From: an uncultured Clostridia bacterium
GTDB taxonomy: Bacteria > Bacillota > Clostridia > Christensenellales > Borkfalkiaceae
Length of the DNA stretch: 64,000 nucleotides
Assembly (NCBI GenBank): GCA_949282385.1
Contig: CASDOP010000004.1
Coordinates: 47,744 to 111,743, forward strand
Reading direction: 5' to 3'
The notes beneath the pieces are model-generated. The model saw only the letters and a program-made list of their open reading frames with translations. It searched no databases and was not told the origin of the DNA. Shown here piece after piece: positions 26,725-35,677 of the stretch (position 1 is the stretch's first letter; the number at the start of each line of letters is the position of its first letter). Both the position numbers and the translations under genes were made by a program.

Positions 26725-28637
26725 AGTTCCACCACTACGGGTACGACCATGGGCGACTGCTTGGTCTTGCGCACGAGGTAGTTCCTCAAAGCCTTTTTTA
26801 TCACCCTTTTAAGCTCGTCCACCGTACCAGACGAAAGGTCGTAGCCGCCAATCGCCTTGTTTATTACTTCGCGCATTTCCTTGTTGTAATCGCGGTGGAA
26901 ATCGAAGACGAAGCCGCGGGAATTTATGACGGGTTCGCCAATGACTTCGCCGCCCGACACGCAGACGGATACTATGAATATGCCCTCCTGCGCGAGCTGG
27001 CGCCTGTCCTGCATGACGAGCGAGGCCTTTTCGTCCTCTATGCCCTCGCCGTCGATAAGGCGCGAACCTGCGGGAATATCTGCAAGCTTTTTTATGCTCT
27101 TGGACGTTACTTCGAGGCAGTTGCCGAGGTCGGGAATGAAGATGTTGCGCTCGTTCATGCCCAGGCTCTGCGCGAGCTGAGAATGCTTCATGAGGTGTCT
27201 GTACTCGCCGTGAACGGGCACGAAGAACTTGGGATGAAGCAGATTGTGCATTATTTTATGCTCTTCCTGGCAGGCATGCCCCGACACGTGGATGTTCTGT
27301 ATGCGCTCGTACACCACGTCCGCGCCGAGGTGATAGAGGTTGTTTATTACGCTGTAAACGCCGCGCTCGTTGCCCGGTATGGGCGAGGCGGAAATTATGA
27401 TAGTATCGTTGTTGCCGACGGAAAGATTGGGGTTTTCGCCGTTAGCCATGCGGTGAAGAGCGCTCATGGGTTCGCCCTGACTGCCCGTGCAGACGATCAG
27501 AACTTCGCTGTCGCGCATATTCTTTGTGCGGGAAATATCTATGATTGCGCCGTCGGGAATGTGCAGTTCGCCTATTTTTTCCGCCGCTTCCACGACGTTG
27601 AGCATAGACCTGCCGTTCAAGGCGACCTTTCTTCCGTGGCGGGCGGCGAGGTCGATTATCTGCTGAAGCCTGTGAACGTTGGAAGCGAAAGTCGCTATTA
27701 TTATGCGCCTTTCGGCGTTCTCTTCGACCAGCCTGTCGAGCGTGCTGCCTACCACCGTTTCGCTCATGGTATAGCCGGGGCGCTCTATGTTGGTGCTTTC
27801 GCCCATATATAAAAGCACGCCCTTTGCGCCCAGCTCGGAAATTGTTTTGAGGTCAATCGGCTCTCCCGCGACGGGGGTTAAGTCTATCTTGAAGTCGCCG
27901 CTGTGGAAAATGATGCCCTGGGGCGTGTGAATGGCGAGAGCCAGCGCGCCGGCTATGGAATGGTTGACGTTGATAAAGTCTATTTTAAAGCAGTCGAATT
28001 GAAGGTGTCCGCCGGGCGCGACGGTAATCGTCTTTACATTGTTGAGGCGGTGTTCGCGCAGCTTGTTGTCCACGAGCGCAAGCGTGAGCTGCGTACCTGC
28101 GACGGGGATGTCCAGATCCTTGAGAAGATAGGGTACGCCGCCTATGTGGTCCTCGTGTCCGTGAGTGAGAATTAGTCCGCGCACCTTCTTTTTGTTTTCT
28201 ATAAGGTAAGTGAGGTCGGGTACGACGAGGTCAATTCCCGGCATTTCTTCCGTGGGGAAGATTGCGCCGGCGTCTATTATTATAATGTCGTCGCCGCACT
28301 CGAGCGCGGTCATATTCTTGCCTATTTCGCCCACGCCGCCGAGGAAAATTATTCTGACGGCATTTTTTACCCTGCGCTCCTTTTTCGCCTTTTTGGTTAC
28401 GGGCAGAACAGCTTCTTCCTGTTCCCTCGTAATCGAAGCCGAGGGGGGCAGAATGACCTTTCCGCGCGCCTTTACGGGCGCTTTTTTAAGTTGGAAAGGC
28501 TTCTTTTCCTTTACCTTTTTTTCCTTTACGCGTTCGGGATTAATTTTTTTGCGGGGCTTTCTTTCGCCCGCTTTTACGTTGTTCTCTTTCAAAATTATGT
28601 CCTTTCTTGTCTTAATATGTAATATTTTGCGGCGCAT
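26721..28637 (-). CDS. rnj: ribonuclease J with a Lys/Arg/Glu-rich N-terminal extension
   Basis: IIFLGGVGEIGKNM, HGHEDHIGG and a beta-CASP region. Start uncertain: TTG 28655, ATG 28637, or TTG 28592 preceded by AAAGGA. About 90-100 aa precede the metallo-beta-lactamase domain. Confidence 0.88.
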   Translation of the reverse strand: MRRKILHIKTRKDIILKENNVKAGERKPRKKINPERVKEKKVKEKKPFQLKKAPVKARGKVILPPSASITREQEEAVLPVTKKAKKERRVKNAVRIIFLGGVGEIGKNMTALECGDDIIIIDAGAIFPTEEMPGIDLVVPDLTYLIENKKKVRGLILTHGHEDHIGGVPYLLKDLDIPVAGTQLTLALVDNKLREHRLNNVKTITVAPGGHLQFDCFKIDFINVNHSIAGALALAIHTPQGIIFHSGDFKIDLTPVAGEPIDLKTISELGAKGVLLYMGESTNIERPGYTMSETVVGSTLDRLVEENAERRIIIATFASNVHRLQQIIDLAARHGRKVALNGRSMLNVVEAAEKIGELHIPDGAIIDISRTKNMRDSEVLIVCTGSQGEPMSALHRMANGENPNLSVGNNDTIIISASPIPGNERGVYSVINNLYHLGADVVYERIQNIHVSGHACQEEHKIMHNLLHPKFFVPVHGEYRHLMKHSQLAQSLGMNERNIFIPDLGNCLEVTSKSIKKLADIPAGSRLIDGEGIEDEKASLVMQDRRQLAQEGIFIVSVCVSGGEVIGEPVINSRGFVFDFHRDYNKEMREVINKAIGGYDLSSGTVDELKRVIKKALRNYLVRKTKQSPMVVPVVVEL

Positions 28638-28641
28638 TATG

Positions 28642-28667
28642 AAAGGGGGTTGCAAAGAACCCCCTTT
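28642..28667 (-). terminator. hairpin AAAGGGGGUU-CUUUGC-AACCCCCUUU between the repeat-protein gene and rnj
   Basis: 10-bp stem 16 nt after the stop at 28683. It is followed only by a short U stretch and overlaps the candidate rnj start region. Confidence 0.4.
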
Positions 28668-28682
28668 TTCCGCAAGGTCGAT

Positions 28683-31034
28683 TTACTTTTTGCTTACGTC
28701 CTTTACAAGACCTTCTTCGATGAGTTCTTCCATGGTTTCGTAAGGATACATCGCCGCGTAATCGCGCTCTGCAATCGGGCGCTTGATGCCGTCGCGCCTT
28801 TCGAGCATTATGTCGATAAGCCTTATAGCCTTCTTGCAACCGCGGGGGCTCTTGATCTTTACCATCATGGGAGTGCCGTGCATGGACTTGTTGTCCGATA
28901 CGTCTACCTGATGGTAAACCGAAGTTTCAAATTCGTTGGGGTCAAGCGCGAGATAGAGGCAGAGCGTCTTGCCGCGTATCTTGAAGCGGGCAATCGTTTC
29001 GCGTCCCTTATTGAAACGCTCGTTGCTCCAGGAAATGTTGGAGTTTACTTTCTTGTAGGAAAGCAGAGCGTTCTTGACGTTGCCGTAATACCTCTTCTGG
29101 TCGTCCGTACCCTGAATAATTCTCGCTATGAACGAGCGGTTGTACTTCATCATGTTGGCGAAGTCCACGCCGCCTGCCATACCGTCCATTCCGTCGGGCA
29201 TAACCTCGCCCTCGGAAGGATTTTCGTCTATGTCGTCGACAAGCTCTTCTATGCCGTCTTCATCCTCTTCGTCGCTCTCTTCGGCGGGTTCATTTTCGAC
29301 TATGTCGCTTACCGTAACGAGCATCTGACCGTCGTCGGGTTCTTCTGCAGGGGTTTCCTCTTCTGCGGGAGCTTCCTCTTCAGCGGGTTCTTCTTCGACT
29401 TCCTCTTCAACCGCTTCTGCGGGAGCGATTTCGTCGGAAGCGGCGACAACCATGCCCGCCGCAATCATTGCCTTTATTCTGTCGAGGTCGCGCTGTATCT
29501 CTTCGAGGCGGTCGCCGCATGCGGGCTGAACCTCTTCGTCCTCTGCCGAGAGCATGGCTTTGAGTTCCTCTATATCCTGCTGAATTTTATCGAGCGAGCT
29601 TTCGTATCTTTCGGCTATGCTCGTAGAAATTCTGTCCACGCCCTCTTCGTCGATGACGATGTCGAAATCCTGGTCTTCCTGTTTTTCGATTATCTTTTCG
29701 ACTACGGAATTTGCAATGGCTTCCTCGTCAACCTGCGTTGCGGGAATGGCGGAAACGACCTTTTCTGCAATCTCGTCCGTATCGATTTCGGGCATATAGT
29801 TGGAAAGAACCGCAGCGGCTCTGTCCGCAAGGGTGTCTTCGTTTACCTGAGCCGTTACGCTGAGCTTTTCCGAAAGCACGCGCGCAAGCTCTTCGGCGTC
29901 CACGTCCGCGCCCGAGCCGACGTTGAGCCTTGAGGAAACGGCTTCTGCGAGGGCTTCGTAGTCGAGCTTGCTTTCCACCGCTTTAGCGAGCGAATCGCAG
30001 CCGTCGTCGTCCACCATGACGTCGAACTGTTCGGGAGAAATAGTTCCGACCTGCTTTGCTATTCTATCGGCGATTTCGTCGCCGTCGATATTTGCGGCAA
30101 CGGCGGAAGCGACCTTTTGGGCAAGCGCGTCCTCGTCGACGGTAACCGAAGAGGGATTGAGTTTTTCGATAACTTTGTCTGCAATGGACTGTTCGTCTAC
30201 CGAAACGCCCACCGTATCGGGTACGACTATGCAGCTTGCAATTCTTTCGGAAATGGCTTCCGTGTCAACCGAGGGGCTGACGAGCTGTTCTGCAACCCTG
30301 GAAGCGATGTAATCTGCCGAAACGACTTCCTGCGCGGGAAGATTTTCCGAAAGCTTTTTGGCGAGGGCGTCGTAATCGAGGTCCTCAGTAACAGCCGTGG
30401 GAATATACATTTTTTCGACGACTTTCGTGCCGAGGGCGTCGTAGTCGACGACGGGGTCGGACACGGAAATTTTTTCCGCGAGTTTTTGAGCGAGAGCGTC
30501 GTAATCGAGCTCTTCTACGACTGCGGAAGGAATGTACATGTTTTCGACCACTCTCGAGCCGAGTTCGTCGTAGTCGAGGTCCGAAGTGCGCGCGGGCAAT
30601 CTTTCCGCAACTTTTTCGGCGAGCAGGTCATAATCTATGCCTGCGGGTTCGGATGTCATTTTTTCGGCAACCTTGTCTGCAAGGGCGTCGTAATCGACGT
30701 CGTTCATGGGAATGACAATCTTATCCGCAACCTTTGCCGCAAGTTCGTCAAGGTCTATGCCTGCCGCGCCCGCGGTGCGGACGCCGCCCTTCATTATGCT
30801 GTTATAGCTGCTCTCCAGCTGCATGGACAGATATTCGAATTCGCGCATGACTTCCTTTTTGTCATACTCCATCTTCTGCATGATGGCTTCCCTGTCCATC
30901 TCCCTGTCGACGGCGGAATCGATTACTTCCTGTACCTTCGCCTCGACATCTTTGTTTTTCTGAGCGAGCTGCTCGACTTTGGTCAGAATGACGTCGGCTT
31001 TAGTCTGACCCGAACCGTTGTTGTTTACACCCAT
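28683..31034 (-). CDS. acidic tandem-repeat protein with coiled-coil N-terminus and conserved basic C-terminal domain, function unknown
   Basis: Start taken at the ATG at 31034 (MGVNNNGSGQ; GAGGTG 6 nt upstream), giving 783 aa. About 18 repeats of (L/V/I)D(Y)D(A/E)LAxKVxEK with a 17-23 aa period, then an E/P/A/D-rich linker, then a C-terminal domain of about 155 aa (YNRSFIARII...KIRGKTLCLYLALDP...MVKIKSPRG). Confidence 0.7.
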   Translation of the reverse strand: MGVNNNGSGQTKADVILTKVEQLAQKNKDVEAKVQEVIDSAVDREMDREAIMQKMEYDKKEVMREFEYLSMQLESSYNSIMKGGVRTAGAAGIDLDELAAKVADKIVIPMNDVDYDALADKVAEKMTSEPAGIDYDLLAEKVAERLPARTSDLDYDELGSRVVENMYIPSAVVEELDYDALAQKLAEKISVSDPVVDYDALGTKVVEKMYIPTAVTEDLDYDALAKKLSENLPAQEVVSADYIASRVAEQLVSPSVDTEAISERIASCIVVPDTVGVSVDEQSIADKVIEKLNPSSVTVDEDALAQKVASAVAANIDGDEIADRIAKQVGTISPEQFDVMVDDDGCDSLAKAVESKLDYEALAEAVSSRLNVGSGADVDAEELARVLSEKLSVTAQVNEDTLADRAAAVLSNYMPEIDTDEIAEKVVSAIPATQVDEEAIANSVVEKIIEKQEDQDFDIVIDEEGVDRISTSIAERYESSLDKIQQDIEELKAMLSAEDEEVQPACGDRLEEIQRDLDRIKAMIAAGMVVAASDEIAPAEAVEEEVEEEPAEEEAPAEEETPAEEPDDGQMLVTVSDIVENEPAEESDEEDEDGIEELVDDIDENPSEGEVMPDGMDGMAGGVDFANMMKYNRSFIARIIQGTDDQKRYYGNVKNALLSYKKVNSNISWSNERFNKGRETIARFKIRGKTLCLYLALDPNEFETSVYHQVDVSDNKSMHGTPMMVKIKSPRGCKKAIRLIDIMLERRDGIKRPIAERDYAAMYPYETMEELIEEGLVKDVSKK

Positions 31035-31331
31035 AATGACACCTCGAAAAAAATTGCGCGAACCAACGCGCCGCCCTGCGCCGTGCGCGGGGATGAATGG
31101 CATTTGCTTGTTTTAAACACTATTACTAATATAGTTCCTTTTCAAGTTTACACTAAAAAAATCAAAAAGTAAATACTTCGAAGCAACTTTTTTGCCCGTT
31201 GAAACAATTTTTTTATCGATACGTGGCGATATATGCGCCGACTAACGCATATTTTCCCCCTCGGAGCGCCCCGCCCGCCGCCGCGGGCGGGGCTGACACA
31301 AAAATATTATAGGCAAATTTATGCAAAACAC

Positions 31332-31360
31332 TTGTATATTATTTTGATTTGTTGTATAAT
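31332..31360 (+). promoter_or_regulatory. sigma-A promoter of serC-serA (TTGTAT-N17-TATAAT)
   Basis: TTGTAT 31332-31337, 17-nt spacer, TATAAT 31355-31360. Leaves a leader of about 110 nt. Confidence 0.5.
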
Positions 31361-31472
31361 TATCCTATCATTTTCAATTAACAGGGAATTTTTTATAATT
31401 TTTATAAATTATATATGAATAATTTCAATCTGCCCGTCGCAACTTGCTTTCGGAGCGGATAAAAGGAGAATT

Positions 31473-32546
31473 ATGAGAGTTTACAATTTCGCAGCAGGTC
31501 CTTCCACCCTTCCCCTCGAAGTTCTGGAAGAAGCGCAGAAGGAGTTCCTCGATTTTGCAGGAACAGGCATGTCGGTTACTGAAATTTCGCACAGAGACAA
31601 GGCTTACGACGCTATCGTAAAGGAAGCCGAAGCCCTTACGCGCGAACTTTTGAACGTTCCCGACGATTATGCGGTTATATTTGTGCAGGGCGGCGCGTCC
31701 ACGCAGTTTGCCGCAATTCCCTTAAACCTCATGCACAACGGCAAAGCCGACTACATAGTTACGGGCAACTTCGCAAAGAAAGCATGGCAGGAAGGTCAGA
31801 TTTACGGCGAAGCGGTTAAAATAGGCGACAGCTCCGACAAGGTTTACACCTACATACCCGACGTTGACAAACTCAACTACAGCCCCGACGCAGACTATGT
31901 TCACATTACCTCGAACAATACGATTTTCGGCTCGCGCTATTCCAAATTCCCCAAGTGCAAAGCTCCCCTCGTTGCGGATATGTCGTCAGAAATATTCTCA
32001 AGAGAGATTAACGTTGCCGACTTCGGCGTAATTTACGCAGGCGCGCAGAAAAACCTCGCTCCCGCGGGCGTTACGATAGTCATCGCAAAGCGCGACCTTA
32101 TACAGAATCCCCTCAAAATCTGCCCCACCATGCTCAAATGGAAGGTGCAGGACGAGAACGGCTCGCTCTACAATACTCCCCCCGCTTTCTCAATCTACAT
32201 GGCAAACCTCGTTCTACGCAACCTCAAAAAGAAGGGCGGCGTCAAGGCGATGAACGAAATAGACACATACAAGGCGGGACTTTTGTATGACTTTATCGAC
32301 AACTCCTCCTTCTACACCAACAATGTCCTTCCCGAATTCCGTTCGATAATGAACGTTCCATTCGTAACGGGCGACGCAGACATGGACGCAAAGTTCGTTG
32401 CGGAAGCAAAGAAAAACGGTCTCGTATCCCTGAAAGGTCATCGCCTCGTCGGCGGTATGAGAGCTTCGATATACAACGCTATGCCCGTAGAGGGCGTAAA
32501 GGCGCTCATTGAATTCATGAAGAAATTTGAAATGGAGAACAAGTAA
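31473..32546 (+). CDS. serC: phosphoserine aminotransferase
   Basis: 357 aa. MRVYNFAAGPSTLPLEVLEEAQ... and YAGAQKNLAPAGVTIVI (PLP-Lys block). Confidence 0.93.
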   Translation: MRVYNFAAGPSTLPLEVLEEAQKEFLDFAGTGMSVTEISHRDKAYDAIVKEAEALTRELLNVPDDYAVIFVQGGASTQFAAIPLNLMHNGKADYIVTGNFAKKAWQEGQIYGEAVKIGDSSDKVYTYIPDVDKLNYSPDADYVHITSNNTIFGSRYSKFPKCKAPLVADMSSEIFSREINVADFGVIYAGAQKNLAPAGVTIVIAKRDLIQNPLKICPTMLKWKVQDENGSLYNTPPAFSIYMANLVLRNLKKKGGVKAMNEIDTYKAGLLYDFIDNSSFYTNNVLPEFRSIMNVPFVTGDADMDAKFVAEAKKNGLVSLKGHRLVGGMRASIYNAMPVEGVKALIEFMKKFEMENK

Positions 32547-33703
32547 TGGCAGGCATACTCAAATTAAACGCAATAAGCCCCCTCGCAGACGAAATATTTG
32601 CAAACTACGAATATTCGGACGAGGTTAAAAATCCTCAGGGCATAATGGTGCGCTCGGCGGCAATGGCTGATTACGCCGTCGGCGACGAACTGCTGGCAGT
32701 GGCGCGCGCAGGCGCAGGCACAAACAATATTCCTTCCGCAGAATATGCGAAAAAGGGCATAGTAGTCTTCAACACTCCCGGCGCTAACGCGAACGCCGTC
32801 AAAGAGCTTGTAATTTGCGAACTTTTCCTCGGCGGAAGAAAGATAACAGACGCAATCGACTGGGTTAAAACCATCAAGGGCGAGGGCGAAAACGTAGGCA
32901 AACTCGTAGAAAAAGGCAAATCCAAGTTTGTCGGCTGCGAAATCGCAGGCAAGACGCTGGGCGTTATAGGTCTGGGCGCGATAGGCATTATGGTTGCCAA
33001 CGCCGCAGCCGCTCTGGGCATGAAAGTAATAGGCGTAGATCCCTTCCTTTCCACCCAGAACGCAATAATGCTCAACTCTTCCGTAAAAGTATATGCCGAC
33101 CGCGCAGAAATTTACAAGCGCGCGGACTTTATTACCGTGCATGTTCCCCTCACGGGCGATACGCGCGGCATGTTCAACGACGAAACGCTTGCCCAGTGCA
33201 AGGACGGCGTGGTTATCATAAATAACTCCCGCGGCGAACTCGTAGACAACAAGGCGATAATTTCCGCGCTCGGCAGCGGCAAAGTGGCACGCTACATAAC
33301 CGACTTCCCCAACGCAGAAATTATAGGCGTTCCCAACGCTATATGCGTGCCTCATCTCGGCGCGAGCACGCCCGAAGCGGAGGATAACTGCGCGGTTATG
33401 GCGGCAAGACAGCTCGTAGATTACATCGAAAACGGCAACATAACCAACAGCGTAAACTATCCCGCCGTTTCCGCTCCCAGAGAGGGCGAAGCGCGCATAT
33501 GCGTCTGCCACATGAACGTGGCTAACATGATTGCTCAGCTGACGGCTGCTGTTTCGGCAAAGGGCATAAACATTGCCAACATGGCCGACAAGAGCAAGGG
33601 CGAATACGCTTACTGCATTATCGACATAGACGGCAAGGCGGACGAAAGCCTGCTCAAGTCGATAGCGGCGGTGGACGGTGTTCTGCGCGTGAGAGCAGTC
33701 TGA
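32546..33703 (+). CDS. serA: D-3-phosphoglycerate dehydrogenase
   Basis: 385 aa. GVIGLGAIGIMVA NAD fold, HVPLTGDTRGMF, PHLGASTPEA, and a C-terminal ACT-like segment. Its ATG overlaps the serC stop. Confidence 0.9.
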   Translation: MAGILKLNAISPLADEIFANYEYSDEVKNPQGIMVRSAAMADYAVGDELLAVARAGAGTNNIPSAEYAKKGIVVFNTPGANANAVKELVICELFLGGRKITDAIDWVKTIKGEGENVGKLVEKGKSKFVGCEIAGKTLGVIGLGAIGIMVANAAAALGMKVIGVDPFLSTQNAIMLNSSVKVYADRAEIYKRADFITVHVPLTGDTRGMFNDETLAQCKDGVVIINNSRGELVDNKAIISALGSGKVARYITDFPNAEIIGVPNAICVPHLGASTPEAEDNCAVMAARQLVDYIENGNITNSVNYPAVSAPREGEARICVCHMNVANMIAQLTAAVSAKGINIANMADKSKGEYAYCIIDIDGKADESLLKSIAAVDGVLRVRAV

Positions 33704-33746
33704 TTTAAAGATAAAATGCGCCAGAGCGCATACGAATAAAAAAATT

Positions 33747-33795
33747 CCTCCGTGTGCATAATTATGTTGATACATATTTTACACGGAGGTTTTTT
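33747..33795 (+). terminator. hairpin CCTCCGTGT-(25 nt)-ACACGGAGG followed by TTTTTT: weak serA terminator and/or SD-sequestering structure
   Basis: Perfect 9-bp stem (33747-33755 / 33781-33789). The 3' arm contains the GGAGG that would serve the small ORF starting at 33796. Confidence 0.45.
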
Positions 33796-33951
33796 ATGTC
33801 CAAAAAGAGAAAAGTGAAAAAACTGACTGACGAGCAGTACAACGCATATATCGCCTCGCTCAGGTATGACGCGGCGTCGTACAACGCCGACGGAAGCAGA
33901 GTTGTTCCGCCCGAGCTTGGAGGCGACGAAAAGGGGAGCGGACGCGACTGA
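33796..33951 (+). CDS. small hypothetical protein (51 aa, basic N-terminus)
   Basis: ATG at 33796 lies 6 nt after GGAGG: MSKKRKVKKLTDEQYNAYIASLRYD... It is followed by a strong terminator at 34023-34058. No family recognised. Confidence 0.35.
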   Translation: MSKKRKVKKLTDEQYNAYIASLRYDAASYNADGSRVVPPELGGDEKGSGRD

Positions 33952-34022
33952 CTTTACGCATATGTGCCGCGGCGCACGTGCGCGCAGAACGCATTGTCCG
34001 AAGCTGATATGAATAACAAATG

Positions 34023-34058
34023 AAATGCGCCGCCGCGCAGTTGCGCGGCGGCGCATTT
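34023..34058 (+). terminator. rho-independent terminator (17-bp stem plus T-run)
   Basis: AAATGCGCCGCCGCGCA / TGCGCGGCGGCGCATTT followed by TT. Lies downstream of the small ORF and serA. Confidence 0.7.
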
Positions 34059-34091
34059 TTAATATTTTTAACCTTTTATGCGCCACAAGAC

Positions 34092-34127
34092 AAGTGCGCC
34101 CCGCTTCAGATGAAGCGGGGCGCACTT
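34092..34127. terminator. perfect 17-bp hairpin just after the spoIVA stop
   Basis: AAGTGCGCCCCGCTTCA-GA-TGAAGCGGGGCGCACTT. ATTTTT follows on the plus strand, but only GTCTTG follows on the minus strand. Confidence 0.5.
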
Positions 34128-34132
34128 ATTTT

Positions 34133-35605
34133 TCAAAGAAGGATGCAGATAACCCCTCCCTTGCCCTCGTTTACCATTCTCGTCATGGCGCGGCGCATTT
34201 TGCCGCGCGTTTCTTCCTGCATGCTGTTGACTTTGCCGGCAAGCCCTTCCTTGACCATGCCGCGCAGCGATTTGCCGAAAAGGTTTGTATCCCACATGCC
34301 CTGCGGGTCGGCTTCGAAGCCGTTCATTATGCCGTTTACCATCTCCTCCGACTGCGCCGCCGCTCCCATTATGGGGCTGACTTCGCCCGTTACGTCCACC
34401 TTTACGATGTGATAGCTGGGCGCGCTCGCCTTTAGCTTTACGCCCACGTTTCCGCCCTGCCGCACGACGACGGGTTTTTCGAGGCTCATATCATCGTCCG
34501 ACGGCTGAACTATGCCATAGCCCGTCATCTTCGCGCACTCGAACGCGTCCTTGATTTTGCCGTAATTTTTAGCCGCCTGCGAGGATGCGACGACGAAGGA
34601 CATGAGCGAACTTTCGTCCTTAATCTCTTCGCCCGCCGTTTCTGAAAGCATTGCAAAGAATACGCCGTCCTCTATCTGCGCGGTAACGGTTGCCTTGCCG
34701 TCCGAAAGCGACAGATTGACGTCGGCTTCGGCTTTCCAGTATCTGCAGCCCGAAAGCATGTCGTCGAACGCCGAACAATCTTTCATGCAGCTTATTTTCT
34801 GCGAGGCGGTCTTGACCCTTTCGATAAGTTCCGACACGGCTGAGCTGTCCGCGGGCAGAGCGCGCACCCATGCGGGAATTTTTACGTCGAACGAGCAGAC
34901 GGGGAACTCGAATAAAAGCGCGCGGAGCAGCATTTTCAGGTCGCCCTCCTCCGCCTTTTCGCAGTTCATCGCAACTACCGTCGCGCCGTATTTTTGTTCA
35001 AGCTCCTTTCTGAGCGAACGCGCCCTTTCGCCCTCGGGCGAGGCGCAGTTCAAAACTATTATGAAAGGTTTGCCTATTTTCTTAAGCTCTGAAATTGTGC
35101 GCTCTTCGGCTTCGATATAGTTTGCACGCGGTATATCTGCCACCGAACCGTCCGTAGTAACGCACAGCGCGACAGTCGAATGATCGCTTATCACCTTTTG
35201 CGTTCCGAGCGCCGCGGCATCGGCAAACGGCAGGGGCGCTTCGCTCCACATCGTTTTAACCAGCCTCGGCGAGCCGTTTTCTTCAAAACCCGAAGCTCCG
35301 TCCACAACGAACCCCACGCAGTCTATAAGCCTGACGCTTACGTCGGCGTTGTCTATCCTCAGCTTTGCGGCGTTGGACGGCACAAACTTCGGCTCTGTGG
35401 TCATTACAGTTTTCCCCGCAGCCGACTGGGGGAGTTCGTCCGTCATTTCGTTGCGCTCGGCACCCTCGACGTTGGGAAGCACAAGCTCGGTCATGAATTT
35501 TTTTATAAGCGTCGATTTGCCCGTGCGCACAGGTCCGACGACGCCTATGTAAACGTTGCCGCCGCTGCGCGCAGCTATGTCTTTATATATGTTATCGTTA
35601 AGCAT
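34133..35605 (-). CDS. spoIVA: stage IV sporulation protein A
   Basis: 490 aa. IYKDIAARSGGNVYIGVVGPVRTGKSTLIKKFM matches the SpoIVA N-terminus and Walker A, and the length fits. Confidence 0.92.
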   Translation of the reverse strand: MLNDNIYKDIAARSGGNVYIGVVGPVRTGKSTLIKKFMTELVLPNVEGAERNEMTDELPQSAAGKTVMTTEPKFVPSNAAKLRIDNADVSVRLIDCVGFVVDGASGFEENGSPRLVKTMWSEAPLPFADAAALGTQKVISDHSTVALCVTTDGSVADIPRANYIEAEERTISELKKIGKPFIIVLNCASPEGERARSLRKELEQKYGATVVAMNCEKAEEGDLKMLLRALLFEFPVCSFDVKIPAWVRALPADSSAVSELIERVKTASQKISCMKDCSAFDDMLSGCRYWKAEADVNLSLSDGKATVTAQIEDGVFFAMLSETAGEEIKDESSLMSFVVASSQAAKNYGKIKDAFECAKMTGYGIVQPSDDDMSLEKPVVVRQGGNVGVKLKASAPSYHIVKVDVTGEVSPIMGAAAQSEEMVNGIMNGFEADPQGMWDTNLFGKSLRGMVKEGLAGKVNSMQEETRGKMRRAMTRMVNEGKGGVICILL

Positions 35606-35677
35606 AAACCCCTCCCGAATTGGTTACGTATAATAACTTATTTGCCGCCTTGCAAGTTTATGCCAAAAATAAAAAAA

